DNA from: an uncultured Burkholderiaceae bacterium
GTDB lineage: Bacteria; Pseudomonadota; Gammaproteobacteria; Burkholderiales; Burkholderiaceae_F
Assembly: GCA_964652055.1 (NCBI GenBank)
Contig: CAZZAD010000002.1
Span: forward strand, 1-46,946
Direction of reading: 5' to 3'
Length of the DNA: 46,946 nt
Shown: positions 1 through 8,823 of the stretch, one piece after another
How the letters are laid out: each line of letters starts with the position of its first letter
How positions within the stretch are numbered: the stretch's first letter is position 1
Position numbers and translations under genes: made by a program
Notes under the pieces: generated by a model
Database searches by the model: none
Told to the model about the DNA's origin: nothing
What the model saw: the letters and a program-made list of their open reading frames with translations, nothing else

Positions 1-107
1 CCCTCCCCGTCAGGGGGAGGGTGAGGGTGGGGATGGGGTGCGTTGCAAAGGAAACTTTTCCCGCACAACCCCATCCCCACCCCCGCCCTCCCCTTGAAGG
101 GGAGGGA
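1..107. repeat. REP-like compound palindromic element
   Basis: There are two copies of the same small hairpin: ccctcccc(1-8)/ggggaggg(14-21) and ccctcccc(86-93)/ggggaggg(99-106). They flank a 14-bp stem, gggtggggatgggg(25-38) pairing with ccccatccccaccc(69-82). The element is non-coding and lies downstream of the lipoprotein gene on the minus strand. Confidence 0.7.
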
Positions 108-152
108 GCAACCTCCGCACTGAATGCTGACCGAGCTGTGAACAAGAGACAG

Positions 153-171
153 GGCCTGCGCCGGGGCGACG
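153..171. repeat. Partial copy of the GC-rich REP unit also found at 3608-3632
   Basis: ggcctgcgccggggcgacg at 153-171 is 19/19 identical to 3614-3632. Confidence 0.65.
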
Positions 172-253
172 GGCACACGCACGGTTGGATTGCGAATGCA
201 CCCGGCGCCGCATCAGCAACGCTTTGAAAGCTCTTGACAGACTTTGTGGCGCG

Positions 254-496
254 TTATTTCTTCGCGTTCTCTTGCAACTTCTCGCCCGCCTTTTCCAGCG
301 CTTCGCCAGTTTTTTGCATGGCGTCTTTGGCGGTGCCTTCAGCGTCTTTTTGCGCGCGTTCAAGTTTTTCGGCGGCCTCTTTGGCGGCCGTGTCCACCTG
401 CTTGCCTACGCGTTCACCCACACCGGGTTCGGGTTTATTGCAGGCAGCCACCATCAGTACGGTCAGGGCAGCAATAACAAAATAAGGTTTAAACAT
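254..496 (-). CDS. Small lipoprotein (80 aa), function unknown
   Basis: The ATG at 496 is preceded by an AGGAG Shine-Dalgarno sequence (reverse complement of 500-510). The N-terminus MFKPYFVIAALTVLMVAAC has a signal peptide plus lipobox Cys. The mature part is a Lys/Glu/Ala-rich helical repeat. The upstream 66 codons of track ORF 254..694 were rejected. Confidence 0.7.
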   Translation of the reverse strand: MFKPYFVIAALTVLMVAACNKPEPGVGERVGKQVDTAAKEAAEKLERAQKDAEGTAKDAMQKTGEALEKAGEKLQENAKK

Positions 497-518
497 GGAA
501 ATCTCCTTTGTGAGTGAA

Positions 519-1898
519 TCAAAACGGCAGAGCCGCGTCGGGTTTAACCGCCAGTAGCGCGCGCCGGAAATCATTCTGGATGCGCACCAAAGCGGCAGCG
601 TTATCCGCTTCAAATCGCAGCACCACCACGGGGGTGGTGTTGGAGGGGCGCGCCAGGCCGAAACCGTCTTCGTACTCCACACGCACGCCATCAATGGTGA
701 TGAGTTCGCGGGCGTCTTCGAATCGGGCTTCGTTTTTCAGGCGCTCGACCAGGGTGAAATTCTCCCCCTCAGCCGTGGCCAGCTGCAGCTCGGGTGTACT
801 GGACGAGTTGGGCAGCGCATTGAGTACGGCCGAAGCGTTGGTCGTGTAACTGAGCAGCTCCAGCAGTCGCGCGCCGGCGTACATGCCGTCATCAAAGCCG
901 TACCAGCGGTGCTTGAAGAAGATGTGGCCACTCATCTCACCGGCCAGCGGCGCACCGGTTTCTTTGAGCTTGGCTTTGACCAGTGAATGCCCGGTGCGCC
1001 ACATGGTGGGCTGCCCCCCGTGCGCGCGCACATGGCGCGCCACGTGACGCGAGCACTTCACGTCGTAAATGATTTCGCCGCCCGGCACCTCGGCCAGCAC
1101 GCCTTGGGCCAGCAGCATGAGTTGCCGGTCGGGCCAGATGATTTGCCCATCTTTGGTGACCACGCCCAGGCGGTCACCATCACCATCAAAGGCCAGGCCC
1201 AGCTCGGCGTCGGATTCCCGCAGGCAACGGATCAGGTCTTGCAGGTTTTCAGGGTGCGCGGGATCGGGGTGATGGTTGGGAAACGTGCCATCGACTTCGC
1301 AGAACAGTTCAATGACCTCACAGCCCAACGCGCGAAACAGGCGCGGCGCCATGGCACCGGCCACGCCGTTACCGCAATCAATGGCCAGTTTCATGGGGCG
1401 CGCGAGTTTGATGTCACCCACGATGCGTGCAAGGTAGGCCTCGTCAATCGCATGCTGCGTCAAGGTGCCCTGGGTGTGCGCGCGGCGCAACTCGCCCTTC
1501 TCGATGCGGCGGCGCAGACGCTGCAGCCCTTCGCCATGCAGGGCATCACCGGCCAGCACCAGCTTCAGGCCGTTGTATTCAGGTGGGTTGTGGCTGCCGG
1601 TAATTTCCACGCCCGATTGCGTGCCCAGTTCATGGGTGGCGTAGTACAGCAGGGGTGTGGCCACGCAGCCGATATCGATGACATCGGTGCCCGTACTGCG
1701 CAGACCGTCTATGAGCGCATCGCGCAGCGCGGGGCCCGACAAACGCCCGTCACGCCCCACCACCATGGCGCGCATTCCGCAATCGGCCGCCTCGGTACCC
1801 AGTGCCGCACCAATGGCGCGCACGGCTTCGGGCGTGAGGGAGCGCTGCACCACACCGCGGATGTCATAGGCCTTGAACAGGGCGGGATCGATCACCAT
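519..1898 (-). CDS. algC: Phosphomannomutase/phosphoglucomutase (AlgC/ManB type), 459 aa
   Basis: The conserved N-terminus MVIDPALFKAYDIRGV starts at ATG 1898. The active-site motif TGSHNPPEYNGLK is present. The track ORF extension to 2375 overlaps manC and has no homology-like sequence. Confidence 0.9.
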   Translation of the reverse strand: MVIDPALFKAYDIRGVVQRSLTPEAVRAIGAALGTEAADCGMRAMVVGRDGRLSGPALRDALIDGLRSTGTDVIDIGCVATPLLYYATHELGTQSGVEITGSHNPPEYNGLKLVLAGDALHGEGLQRLRRRIEKGELRRAHTQGTLTQHAIDEAYLARIVGDIKLARPMKLAIDCGNGVAGAMAPRLFRALGCEVIELFCEVDGTFPNHHPDPAHPENLQDLIRCLRESDAELGLAFDGDGDRLGVVTKDGQIIWPDRQLMLLAQGVLAEVPGGEIIYDVKCSRHVARHVRAHGGQPTMWRTGHSLVKAKLKETGAPLAGEMSGHIFFKHRWYGFDDGMYAGARLLELLSYTTNASAVLNALPNSSSTPELQLATAEGENFTLVERLKNEARFEDARELITIDGVRVEYEDGFGLARPSNTTPVVVLRFEADNAAALVRIQNDFRRALLAVKPDAALPF

Positions 1899-2091
1899 GG
1901 GGAATACGTACGCCAAAGACGCGCTCCAAAAACGGGACTGCGGTTGGAAAGAAGGGCGGCAGTCTAATTGCGTGAATCTTTCAGTGCAGGGCACGGCCAC
2001 TACAATCACGCCCCTCAACGACAGCCCCCAGCACAGCGGCTGCCTGCAACTCGAACCCACCTCACCCTCAAGTTCCTCAAGCAAGAGAATC
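1899..2091. promoter_or_regulatory. Divergent intergenic/promoter region between algC and manC
   Basis: This is a 193-nt gap between divergently oriented starts. A TACAAT hexamer at 2001-2006 is a candidate -10 for manC, with only a weak -35. The call is inferred from gene arrangement. Confidence 0.35.
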
Positions 2092-3531
2092 ATGTTGATC
2101 GCAGTCATTCTTTCCGGCGGTGCAGGCACGCGCCTGTGGCCGGTGTCCCGTGAGGCCTCGCCCAAGCCCTTTATGCGCATCGGCAACGGGCCCACGCTGT
2201 TGCAACGGGCCGCGACCCGCGCGCGCCGTGCAGGTGCGGATGAGTTGTACGTGGTGACCAATGCCGAATATCGCTTCCGCACACTCGATGACCTGGCGCA
2301 GATCCCCGCCACGCAAAAGCCCGAGCGCACCACGCTGCTGCTCGAACCCATGGGGCGCAACACGGCGCCCGCCATTGCTGTGGCGGCTCTGCAGGCGCAA
2401 CGCGCGCATGGCGACGACGCGGTGCTGCTGGTGCTGGCCGCGGACCATTTGATTCAGGACGAAGCCCGTTTTGCCGAGCGCGTGGCGCTGGCGCAAAGCA
2501 TTGCGTGCGACGGCACGATGGCGCTCTTTGGCATCCGCCCCACCCTGCCGGAAACCGGCTTCGGTTACATCGAAGCGCAAGACGCCGAGGGCCACGGGGA
2601 TGCGCTGCGGGTCAACCGCTTTGTGGAAAAACCCAATGCCACACGCGCCGCCGAGTTTCTGGCCGCGGGCAACTATTACTGGAACAGCGGCATGTTCGCG
2701 TTCAGTGTGCGCACCATCCTCGACGAGCTGCGCACGCATGCGCCCGAGGTATTGGCGGCGGCGCAAGCCGCGCTGCCTCAGAGCAGCAGCCCCACCTTGG
2801 AACTTGATGCCAGCGCGTTTTCCCAGGCGCCCAGCATTTCCATCGACTATGCGGTGATGGAAAAAAGCCAGCGCATTGCGCTGGTGCCCAGCGACTTTGG
2901 CTGGAGCGATATGGGTTCGTGGAAGGCCGTGGCTGATGAATTTGAGCGCGACGCCACAGGCAACTCGGTCTCGGGCGAAGTCATCCTGACCGGTTGCACC
3001 CACACCCACGTGCAAAGCGAAGACCGCCTGGTGGCAGCAGTGGGCCTGACCAACGTGGTGATTGTTGACACGCCCGACGCTCTGTTGGTGTGCAACCGCG
3101 AGGCCACGCAGCAGGTCAAGGACGTGGTGGCCGAGCTGCAAAAGCGCGGGCACGACGCGCACAAACTGCATCGCACCGTGATGCGGCCTTGGGGCACTTA
3201 CACCACGCTGCACGAAGGCCCGCGCTTCAAGATCAAGCGCATTGAAGTCAAACCTGGCGGGCGCCTTTCAAGCCAGATGCACCACCATCGCAGCGAGCAC
3301 TGGGTGGTGGTGAGCGGCACCGCACGCATGACCATTGCGGAGGAAACGTTTCTGACCTCGCCCAATGAATCGCGCTACGTGCCCGTGGGCGCCACTCACC
3401 GACTGGAAAATCCCGGCAAGGTGGCGCTCGTCATGATTGAAGTGCAGTGCGGTGACTACGTGGGCGAGGACGACATCGTGCGCTTTGATGACATGTACGG
3501 CCGGGCTACGCCGCCCACCGAAGCGGTGTAG
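2092..3531 (+). CDS. manC: Mannose-1-phosphate guanylyltransferase / mannose-6-phosphate isomerase (bifunctional, type II PMI), 479 aa
   Basis: The N-terminus MLIAVILSGGAGTRLWPVSR is a nucleotidyltransferase G-rich loop. The C-terminal cupin reads HHRSEHWVVVSGTA...ENPG. ATG at 2092. Confidence 0.9.
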   Translation: MLIAVILSGGAGTRLWPVSREASPKPFMRIGNGPTLLQRAATRARRAGADELYVVTNAEYRFRTLDDLAQIPATQKPERTTLLLEPMGRNTAPAIAVAALQAQRAHGDDAVLLVLAADHLIQDEARFAERVALAQSIACDGTMALFGIRPTLPETGFGYIEAQDAEGHGDALRVNRFVEKPNATRAAEFLAAGNYYWNSGMFAFSVRTILDELRTHAPEVLAAAQAALPQSSSPTLELDASAFSQAPSISIDYAVMEKSQRIALVPSDFGWSDMGSWKAVADEFERDATGNSVSGEVILTGCTHTHVQSEDRLVAAVGLTNVVIVDTPDALLVCNREATQQVKDVVAELQKRGHDAHKLHRTVMRPWGTYTTLHEGPRFKIKRIEVKPGGRLSSQMHHHRSEHWVVVSGTARMTIAEETFLTSPNESRYVPVGATHRLENPGKVALVMIEVQCGDYVGEDDIVRFDDMYGRATPPTEAV

Positions 3532-3560
3532 GCAGGGAACACTTATGTGCTGCAGAACGT

Positions 3561-3632
3561 CGTCACCCCGGCGCAGGCCGGGGCCCAATTTGAACTGCTT
3601 GCAATTAGGCCCCGGCCTGCGCCGGGGCGACG
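3561..3632. repeat. Pair of inverted 25-nt GC-rich REP units (BIME-like); possible manC terminator
   Basis: cgtcaccccggcgcaggccggggcc (3561-3585) matches the reverse complement of 3608-3632 at 24/25 positions, with a 22-nt spacer. Each unit is itself a hairpin (ccccggc-gcag-gccgggg). The pair lies 30 nt after the manC stop. Confidence 0.75.
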
Positions 3633-3726
3633 CTCATTCGGTGCGCTTGTTTTCAATACGTAGGCCGTGCGCTGATCTGAATGTGCCCAACGACGTCGCG
3701 TCTAAAGCCTAAAACTCAAAAAACCA

Positions 3727-5256
3727 ATGAACACCCCCCGACATCAGCTTCCCCAGTGGTTCGCACTTGCGCAACATCAGCGCACGCTCGAACACATTTC
3801 CATCGGCAGCCTGTTTACCGCCGATCCCCTGCGCGTGTCCGGCCTGACCTTCGACGCGGCGGGCCTGCGCGTGGACTTGTCGCGCCATCGGGTCACGCAG
3901 GAGACGTTGCGTTTACTTCTGGACCTGGCGCGCACCGTCGATGTAGAGGGCTGGCGTGATCGGCTCTTTGCTGGAGAAGCCGTCAACACCACCGAGCAGC
4001 GCGCCGCCACGCACACCGCACTACGCGCCGACCCCCATCGGGACAACGACTTCCTGAGCTTTGCGCAAGCCCTGCGTGACGGGCAGATCAAAGGCAGCAC
4101 CGGCGAAGCCATCGACACCGTGGTGTGTCTGGGCATTGGCGGCTCTGATCTGGGGCCACGTCTGGTGACGCAGGCGCTGGGCCAGGCCAGTGGTCCACGT
4201 CTGCACTTTGTCACCAACATCGACCCCGTGGAGATCGATGAGGCGCTGCAGGGGGCGCTGCCCGAGCGCACGCTCATCGTGGCCATCTCCAAGAGCTTTT
4301 CCACACTTGAAACTCTGGAGAACCTGCGTGCCGCGCTCGAATGGTTGCGCAGCGGCGTGGACTCGCTCTCCGAGCACGTGATGGCCGTCACCAGTCAGCC
4401 CAGCCGCGCCCAGGCGTTTGCGCGTGAGCAAGGTTTCATCCTGGATTACCCCAACATCCTTACCTTTGACGAAACCATCGGCGGCCGCTACTCAGTGTGG
4501 TCGGCCTGCGGTCTGCCCATTGCCATTGCCCATGGCGTCCCGGCCTTCCGTGAACTGCTGGCCGGCGCTGCCGCCATGGACGCGCACTTTTGCACCACAC
4601 CGCTCGAGCGCAACGTGCCCGTGCTGCTGGCCGCATTGGCCATCTGGTACACGAATTTCTGGGGTGTGCGCACACGCGCCGTCATGCCCTACGCGCGCCG
4701 GTTACGTTCCCTGGCCGCGTATCTGCAACAGCTGGAGATGGAAAGCACGGGCAAGCGCGTGGACCGCAACGACATTGCGCTCGAATACGACACCGTGCCG
4801 GTGGTGTGGGGCGATGTGGGCAGCACGGCGCAACACAGCGTGTTTCAGTTTTTGCATCAGGGCACGCACTGGGTCCCGGTGGACTTCGTGGCCAATGCGC
4901 GCTTTGCCCAAAGCGATGAGCGCCGTGAAAAGCTGCTCTATATGAATGCCGTGGCGCAAGCCGATGCGCTGGCTTTTGGGGATGCGGTGCTGGGTGATGC
5001 AGTGCTGGGTGATGCAGCGTTAGGGAAGAACGTGCGCCCCACCCCGCCGCACGCGGCGGTACCCGGCAACCGGCCCAGCACCTTCATCCAGTTGCCCGAC
5101 ATCGACGCCACCTCGCTGGGCGCGCTGCTTGCTTTGTACGAACACCGCACCTTTGTCACCTCGGTGCTGTGGAACATCAATGCCTTCGACCAATGGGGCG
5201 TGGAGATTGGCAAGAAATTGCTCGCCCTGCGTCTGCAACAGAAAGAAAACTCATGA
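3727..5256 (+). CDS. pgi: Glucose-6-phosphate isomerase, 509 aa
   Basis: Full-length Pgi-like sequence with [23 protein letters not shown], and C-terminal [10 protein letters not shown]. Confidence 0.9.
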   Translation: MNTPRHQLPQWFALAQHQRTLEHISIGSLFTADPLRVSGLTFDAAGLRVDLSRHRVTQETLRLLLDLARTVDVEGWRDRLFAGEAVNTTEQRAATHTALRADPHRDNDFLSFAQALRDGQIKGSTGEAIDTVVCLGIGGSDLGPRLVTQALGQASGPRLHFVTNIDPVEIDEALQGALPERTLIVAISKSFSTLETLENLRAALEWLRSGVDSLSEHVMAVTSQPSRAQAFAREQGFILDYPNILTFDETIGGRYSVWSACGLPIAIAHGVPAFRELLAGAAAMDAHFCTTPLERNVPVLLAALAIWYTNFWGVRTRAVMPYARRLRSLAAYLQQLEMESTGKRVDRNDIALEYDTVPVVWGDVGSTAQHSVFQFLHQGTHWVPVDFVANARFAQSDERREKLLYMNAVAQADALAFGDAVLGDAVLGDAALGKNVRPTPPHAAVPGNRPSTFIQLPDIDATSLGALLALYEHRTFVTSVLWNINAFDQWGVEIGKKLLALRLQQKENS

Positions 5257-6098
5257 CCGCAAACCGCACCCGTGTGCGCAAAGCCGTATTCCCCGTCGCG
5301 GGTCTGGGCACGCGCTTTTTGCCCGCCACCAAGGCCATGCCTAAAGAAATGCTGCCCGTGGTGGACAAGCCCCTCATTCAATACGCCGTGGAAGAAGCCG
5401 CCGCCGCGGGCATCGAGCAAATGATCTTCGTCACCGGCCGCAACAAGCGCGCTATTGAAGATCACTTTGACCGCGCCCCCGAACTCGAAGCGCAACTGCA
5501 CACCGCCGCCAAACACGAGCTCTATGAGCTGCTCATGAGCGCCACGCCCAAGGGCGTGAACTTTGTCTACGTGCGCCAGCCCGAACCCCTGGGCCTGGGC
5601 CACGCCGTGCTGTGCGCACGCGACGTGGTGGGCGATGAACCCTTCGCCGTCATCCTGGCCGATGACCTGATTGACGCCACACCGGGCGTGACCGCGCAAC
5701 TGGTGGACACCTATCACACGCACGGCGCCTCAGTCCTGGCCGTAGAAAACGTGCCGCCGCAAGACACCGGCAAATACGGCATCGTGGCCACCACGGTGCT
5801 CAACGCGCACGAAGAGCGTGTCACCGGCATGGTGGAAAAACCCAGCCCCGCCGAGGCCCCCTCCACCCTGGCCGTGGTCGGCCGCTACGTGCTGCGCCCC
5901 GAGGTCTTCACCGAGCTTGAAACCACCCCCCGCGGCCGCGGCGGTGAAATTCAACTCACCGACGCCATCGCCCGCCGCGTGGCCGCCGGCGAAGTGATTG
6001 CACGGCGCTTTAGCGGCACGCGTTACGACTGTGGCTCCAAGACCGGATGGTTACAAGCCAATGTGGCGCTGGGGCGGAAGGCGGGGTTGATCCGCTAA
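5253..6098 (+). CDS. galU: UTP-glucose-1-phosphate uridylyltransferase, 281 aa
   Basis: Contains [38 protein letters not shown] 5253 overlaps the pgi TGA (ATGA), indicating translational coupling. Confidence 0.9.
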   Translation: MTANRTRVRKAVFPVAGLGTRFLPATKAMPKEMLPVVDKPLIQYAVEEAAAAGIEQMIFVTGRNKRAIEDHFDRAPELEAQLHTAAKHELYELLMSATPKGVNFVYVRQPEPLGLGHAVLCARDVVGDEPFAVILADDLIDATPGVTAQLVDTYHTHGASVLAVENVPPQDTGKYGIVATTVLNAHEERVTGMVEKPSPAEAPSTLAVVGRYVLRPEVFTELETTPRGRGGEIQLTDAIARRVAAGEVIARRFSGTRYDCGSKTGWLQANVALGRKAGLIR

Positions 6099-6109
6099 TG
6101 GGCTGAACG

Positions 6110-6826
6110 CTAAGCCGCATCGATGAGTGGGTAAGCCTCTTTTTCTCGATACATCAAACTCAAGCTAACGCGATCTAGCGGGTTCAAAGAAAATTTTCCT
6201 ACCGGCCATTTGCCTGCCAGCGCATACATGCGTGTGGCTGCAAGCACGTCGCAGGCGCGATGTCGGTAGCTAAATAAATCCTGTCTTTGCATGTAGGCGC
6301 GTCGATTGGTCGAGGGATGATCAAAGTCCACGAGCATCAAAAAACCGCCTGCGCGCAGCACCCGGTGCGCCTGAGCCAGCGCCATCAGGTAATGGTGATC
6401 TGGCACGAGGTAGAGAAAAAAACCCAGTAAAACAAAATCAAAGCGCCCGTCTTCAAACGGCAATTGCTCCGCGGTCCCCACCTGCAAATTCAATGAGGGG
6501 AAACGAACCTGTCCATCACGTATGGCCTTGTCAGACGGATCGATGCCCTCGCCCTCACAACGCAAGCGAGCGCAGATCTGGTTCAGCGCCAGGCCATTGG
6601 CGCAACCGACTTCAAGCGCGCGTCGGGGACGCTGTTCGGACGCTTGCCCAGTCCAATCCAAGGCAAGCTCAATCACGTTCAATGCCAGTTCAAGTGCATC
6701 CAGCGTGGCATGAGGTTCGGCGCCTGAGTACTTCGCGCAATTGCGCTCAAAGTATAGATCCGCTTCGCCCTCACGAAAGGCTCGCGACTGATCCGAAATG
6801 GCTGTGTCTGAAGGTCTTAAATTCAT
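6110..6826 (-). CDS. Class I SAM-dependent methyltransferase (possibly nonulosonate-cluster-associated methylase)
   Basis: Motif I reads ALEVGCANG, followed by FDFVLLGFFLYLV and VLRAGGFLMLVDFD. I chose ATG 6826 (MNLRPSD). The track start at 6910 is a TTG and remains possible. Confidence 0.7.
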   Translation of the reverse strand: MNLRPSDTAISDQSRAFREGEADLYFERNCAKYSGAEPHATLDALELALNVIELALDWTGQASEQRPRRALEVGCANGLALNQICARLRCEGEGIDPSDKAIRDGQVRFPSLNLQVGTAEQLPFEDGRFDFVLLGFFLYLVPDHHYLMALAQAHRVLRAGGFLMLVDFDHPSTNRRAYMQRQDLFSYRHRACDVLAATRMYALAGKWPVGKFSLNPLDRVSLSLMYREKEAYPLIDAA

Positions 6827-6910
6827 ATCGCTCACCAGAAAAATGTTCCGCCGCGTCAAAGGCAAAACCCTTTGAGGCACGCGGGTGTGATCACAAAAAT
6901 CCACACCCAA

Positions 6911-7987
6911 TCATGCGGCCCCCACACGTTGTTCTTCGTACACTGCGTCCACATGAAAGCGAGACATCAAAACAGGCGCGGCTGCAATCTGGCGACGCCA
7001 ATAGTCTGTGTCTGCCACTTTGATGCGTTCGAAGCTTTGCCCGAATAGTGCCGTGGTGTACTCAAGTTGCAGGATGAGCCGGCGCCCTCTGAGTAAGGCT
7101 TTGCCTTTATGAAATCCCGAGGTATCCACCGCAATGAGCGTGCCACGAGGCGCAGTGATTTCAACCTCACGCTTGGACCCATAGTGCGCAAGAACTTCGG
7201 CGTCGCTATGGCGCCCATCGCGCCATAGCTCGCTTGCTCGTTCGCGATGACTTCCACGGATATAACAATGCGGTCCCGTTTCTGTTGTCACGTCAGTCAA
7301 ATAGAAAAAGAATTTCAAAAACTGGGGGCGATCCATATCGAAGTGATAGAGCTGGGCCACCTCAGAATTGGCTTCGCGTGTATGCGCCGTGCTCCACCAC
7401 ATGGCCAATAAGTCGTTGATGGGTTCATAGCCGAGGTAGCTGCAAGCAAATTCGCGCAAAGAGCAATCCACCAACAAACGCTGAATGATGGGATTCGTCA
7501 CCAATCGGGATTGCGGCAAATCGTATTTGATCGACAACGGATGGGCTGGATCGAAACAAGCCTGTGTCGGACCCGTCTGCGGTGTCGGCATCAAGCGCGC
7601 CGACACCGAACTGGCGAACTGAACCAAGCTCGACACCTCCGCTTCAGACAGCCGATGCCCCAAAAGCACAAAACCATCACGTTCAAGTTGCGCCAACGCC
7701 TCAGTGCGTTCTTTCTGACTTTGGCTCGCCAGCACGCCCGTCTCAGGTGCGGTGGCCTCACTCTGGCTTGGCCTTGCCACGGCCGGCACCGCCCGGCCCA
7801 AGCGCCGCGACAACCAGGCATTTGAGCGGCCACGCGTAATGCAGTAAAGCCGCCGCATGGCCCAATATGAAAACCAGGGCGTACGGCCCGTCGCCCTATA
7901 GACAACAAGCCCAAACCACAAGGCGGGCCAAAGCACTACCCACGAAAACAGCTTGCCGTAAGTCAGTTCACGTATCCAGGTTCCCAT
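6911..7987 (-). CDS. Phytanoyl-CoA dioxygenase (PhyH) family Fe(II)/2-oxoglutarate oxygenase with an N-terminal hydrophobic helix, 358 aa
   Basis: Contains YHFDMDRPQFLKFFFYLTDVTTETGPHCYIRGSH (an HxD facial-triad-type motif) and a later FHKG. The N-terminal LFSWVVLWPALWFGLVVY is a predicted TM/anchor helix. Confidence 0.65.
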   Translation of the reverse strand: MGTWIRELTYGKLFSWVVLWPALWFGLVVYRATGRTPWFSYWAMRRLYCITRGRSNAWLSRRLGRAVPAVARPSQSEATAPETGVLASQSQKERTEALAQLERDGFVLLGHRLSEAEVSSLVQFASSVSARLMPTPQTGPTQACFDPAHPLSIKYDLPQSRLVTNPIIQRLLVDCSLREFACSYLGYEPINDLLAMWWSTAHTREANSEVAQLYHFDMDRPQFLKFFFYLTDVTTETGPHCYIRGSHRERASELWRDGRHSDAEVLAHYGSKREVEITAPRGTLIAVDTSGFHKGKALLRGRRLILQLEYTTALFGQSFERIKVADTDYWRRQIAAAPVLMSRFHVDAVYEEQRVGAA

Positions 7988-8040
7988 TCAATGGCCTTTA
8001 TTCAATTACCTTTAAAGTGTGGCCTTGTCGTCATGCCGTA

Positions 8041-8823
8041 ATGCCTCACTGGCATACAACCTGTCCTATGCCCAACCCCAGCCACGTTCGTCGCGTCAAA
8101 GGTTTGCTGCGCCACACGCTCGACCAACTTTTGTTGGTTGATCTATTCCGGTTCGCGTTCGTTGCCTTGCGCTATCTATGGTACGTACAAATTCAACGGC
8201 GCCTGACCACCTTTGACCCGGCCACCGGCACTCACACCCCGATTGCGCAAAACACCATCGCACATAACTTGAAGGGCTTGCGAGATCTTGCCGTCAATCG
8301 TTCACATTTGTTGGTGCGGCCCCTTTCGGTCATTGAAACTTTACCGGTCGATGCGCGTATTTTGTCGATCGGCCCGCGTAGCGAAGGTGAGCTTTTTAAT
8401 CTGGCTGCGCACGGCTTTGTTTTGAAAAATGTATTGGGCCTAGATCTCATTTCTTATTCGCCGCGAGTGCTTTTGGGTGACATGCATGCGATGGCGTTTG
8501 CCAATGATCATTTCGATGCGGTGATTTTGGGTTGGGTACTGGCCTACAGCGAAGACCCTCAGCGTGCGGCTCGTGAAGTGGTGCGGGTGACCCAGCCCGG
8601 TGGCGTGATTGCAGTGGGCGTGGAGTACAGCCCTCAATCTCAGGAAGAGATCATTCGCGACCTAGGGTATCTGCCTGGAGCAAAGCGGCGGATTGAGTCT
8701 TGCGATGAGATTCGCAGCTATTTTGGTGAAGCGGTCGATCATGTGTATTACCAACACGCCGTGGCCGAACCAGAACGTGACCGCGTGGGTTCCTTCTGCG
8801 TGATTTTCTCGGTCAAGAAATAG
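8041..8823 (+). CDS. Class I SAM-dependent methyltransferase (Methyltransf_11-like), about 260 aa
   Basis: Contains ILSIGPRSEGE, HFDAVILGWVLAYSEDPQRAAREVVRVTQPGGVIAV. The start is uncertain (ATG 8041 or 8068). Track start 7867 would overlap the divergent dioxygenase gene. Confidence 0.7.
   Translation: MPHWHTTCPMPNPSHVRRVKGLLRHTLDQLLLVDLFRFAFVALRYLWYVQIQRRLTTFDPATGTHTPIAQNTIAHNLKGLRDLAVNRSHLLVRPLSVIETLPVDARILSIGPRSEGELFNLAAHGFVLKNVLGLDLISYSPRVLLGDMHAMAFANDHFDAVILGWVLAYSEDPQRAAREVVRVTQPGGVIAVGVEYSPQSQEEIIRDLGYLPGAKRRIESCDEIRSYFGEAVDHVYYQHAVAEPERDRVGSFCVIFSVKK

Noticed and set aside
10-517. ORFs 10..363(-), 21..227(+), 185..517(+), 234..485(+)
   Set aside because: They run through the REP-like palindromes or antisense to the small lipoprotein gene. 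Their translations (PSPPSPSP, GEGGGG) are repeat artefacts.
987-1967. 326-aa ORF on the plus strand
   Set aside because: It is antisense to the algC-type PMM/PGM gene, whose frame carries unmistakable motifs (FKAYDIRG, TGSHNP). Long stop-free antisense frames are expected at this GC content. The product is Arg/Ala/Gly-rich with no motif.
519-2375. 618-aa version of the PMM/PGM ORF, and similar long N-terminal extensions in the track (1873, 5169, 24864, 26953, 28008, 29290, 30314, 36708, 37874, 18962, 15231, 21077)
   Set aside because: The extensions overlap neighbouring genes, lack conserved sequence, and several begin at TTG/GTG. Internal ATG/GTG codons coincide with conserved family N-termini and with ATGA-type stop/start overlaps.
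2077-3213. 378-aa ORF on the minus strand
   Set aside because: It is antisense to manC, which has a clear nucleotidyltransferase loop and cupin domain. The same high-GC artefact applies.
1-3632. Possibility that the GC-rich repeats form a CRISPR array
   Set aside because: There are only 2-3 copies. They are in inverted rather than direct orientation, lack regular spacers, and no cas genes are present.
3268-3712. ORFs 3268..3588(-) and 3437..3712(+) containing GPGLRRGD-type peptides
   Set aside because: They are translations of the inverted REP pair and of the manC 3' end in the wrong frame or strand.
4938-5723. 261-aa ORF on the minus strand spanning the pgi/galU junction
   Set aside because: It is antisense to two well-supported, translationally coupled genes and has no recognisable motif.
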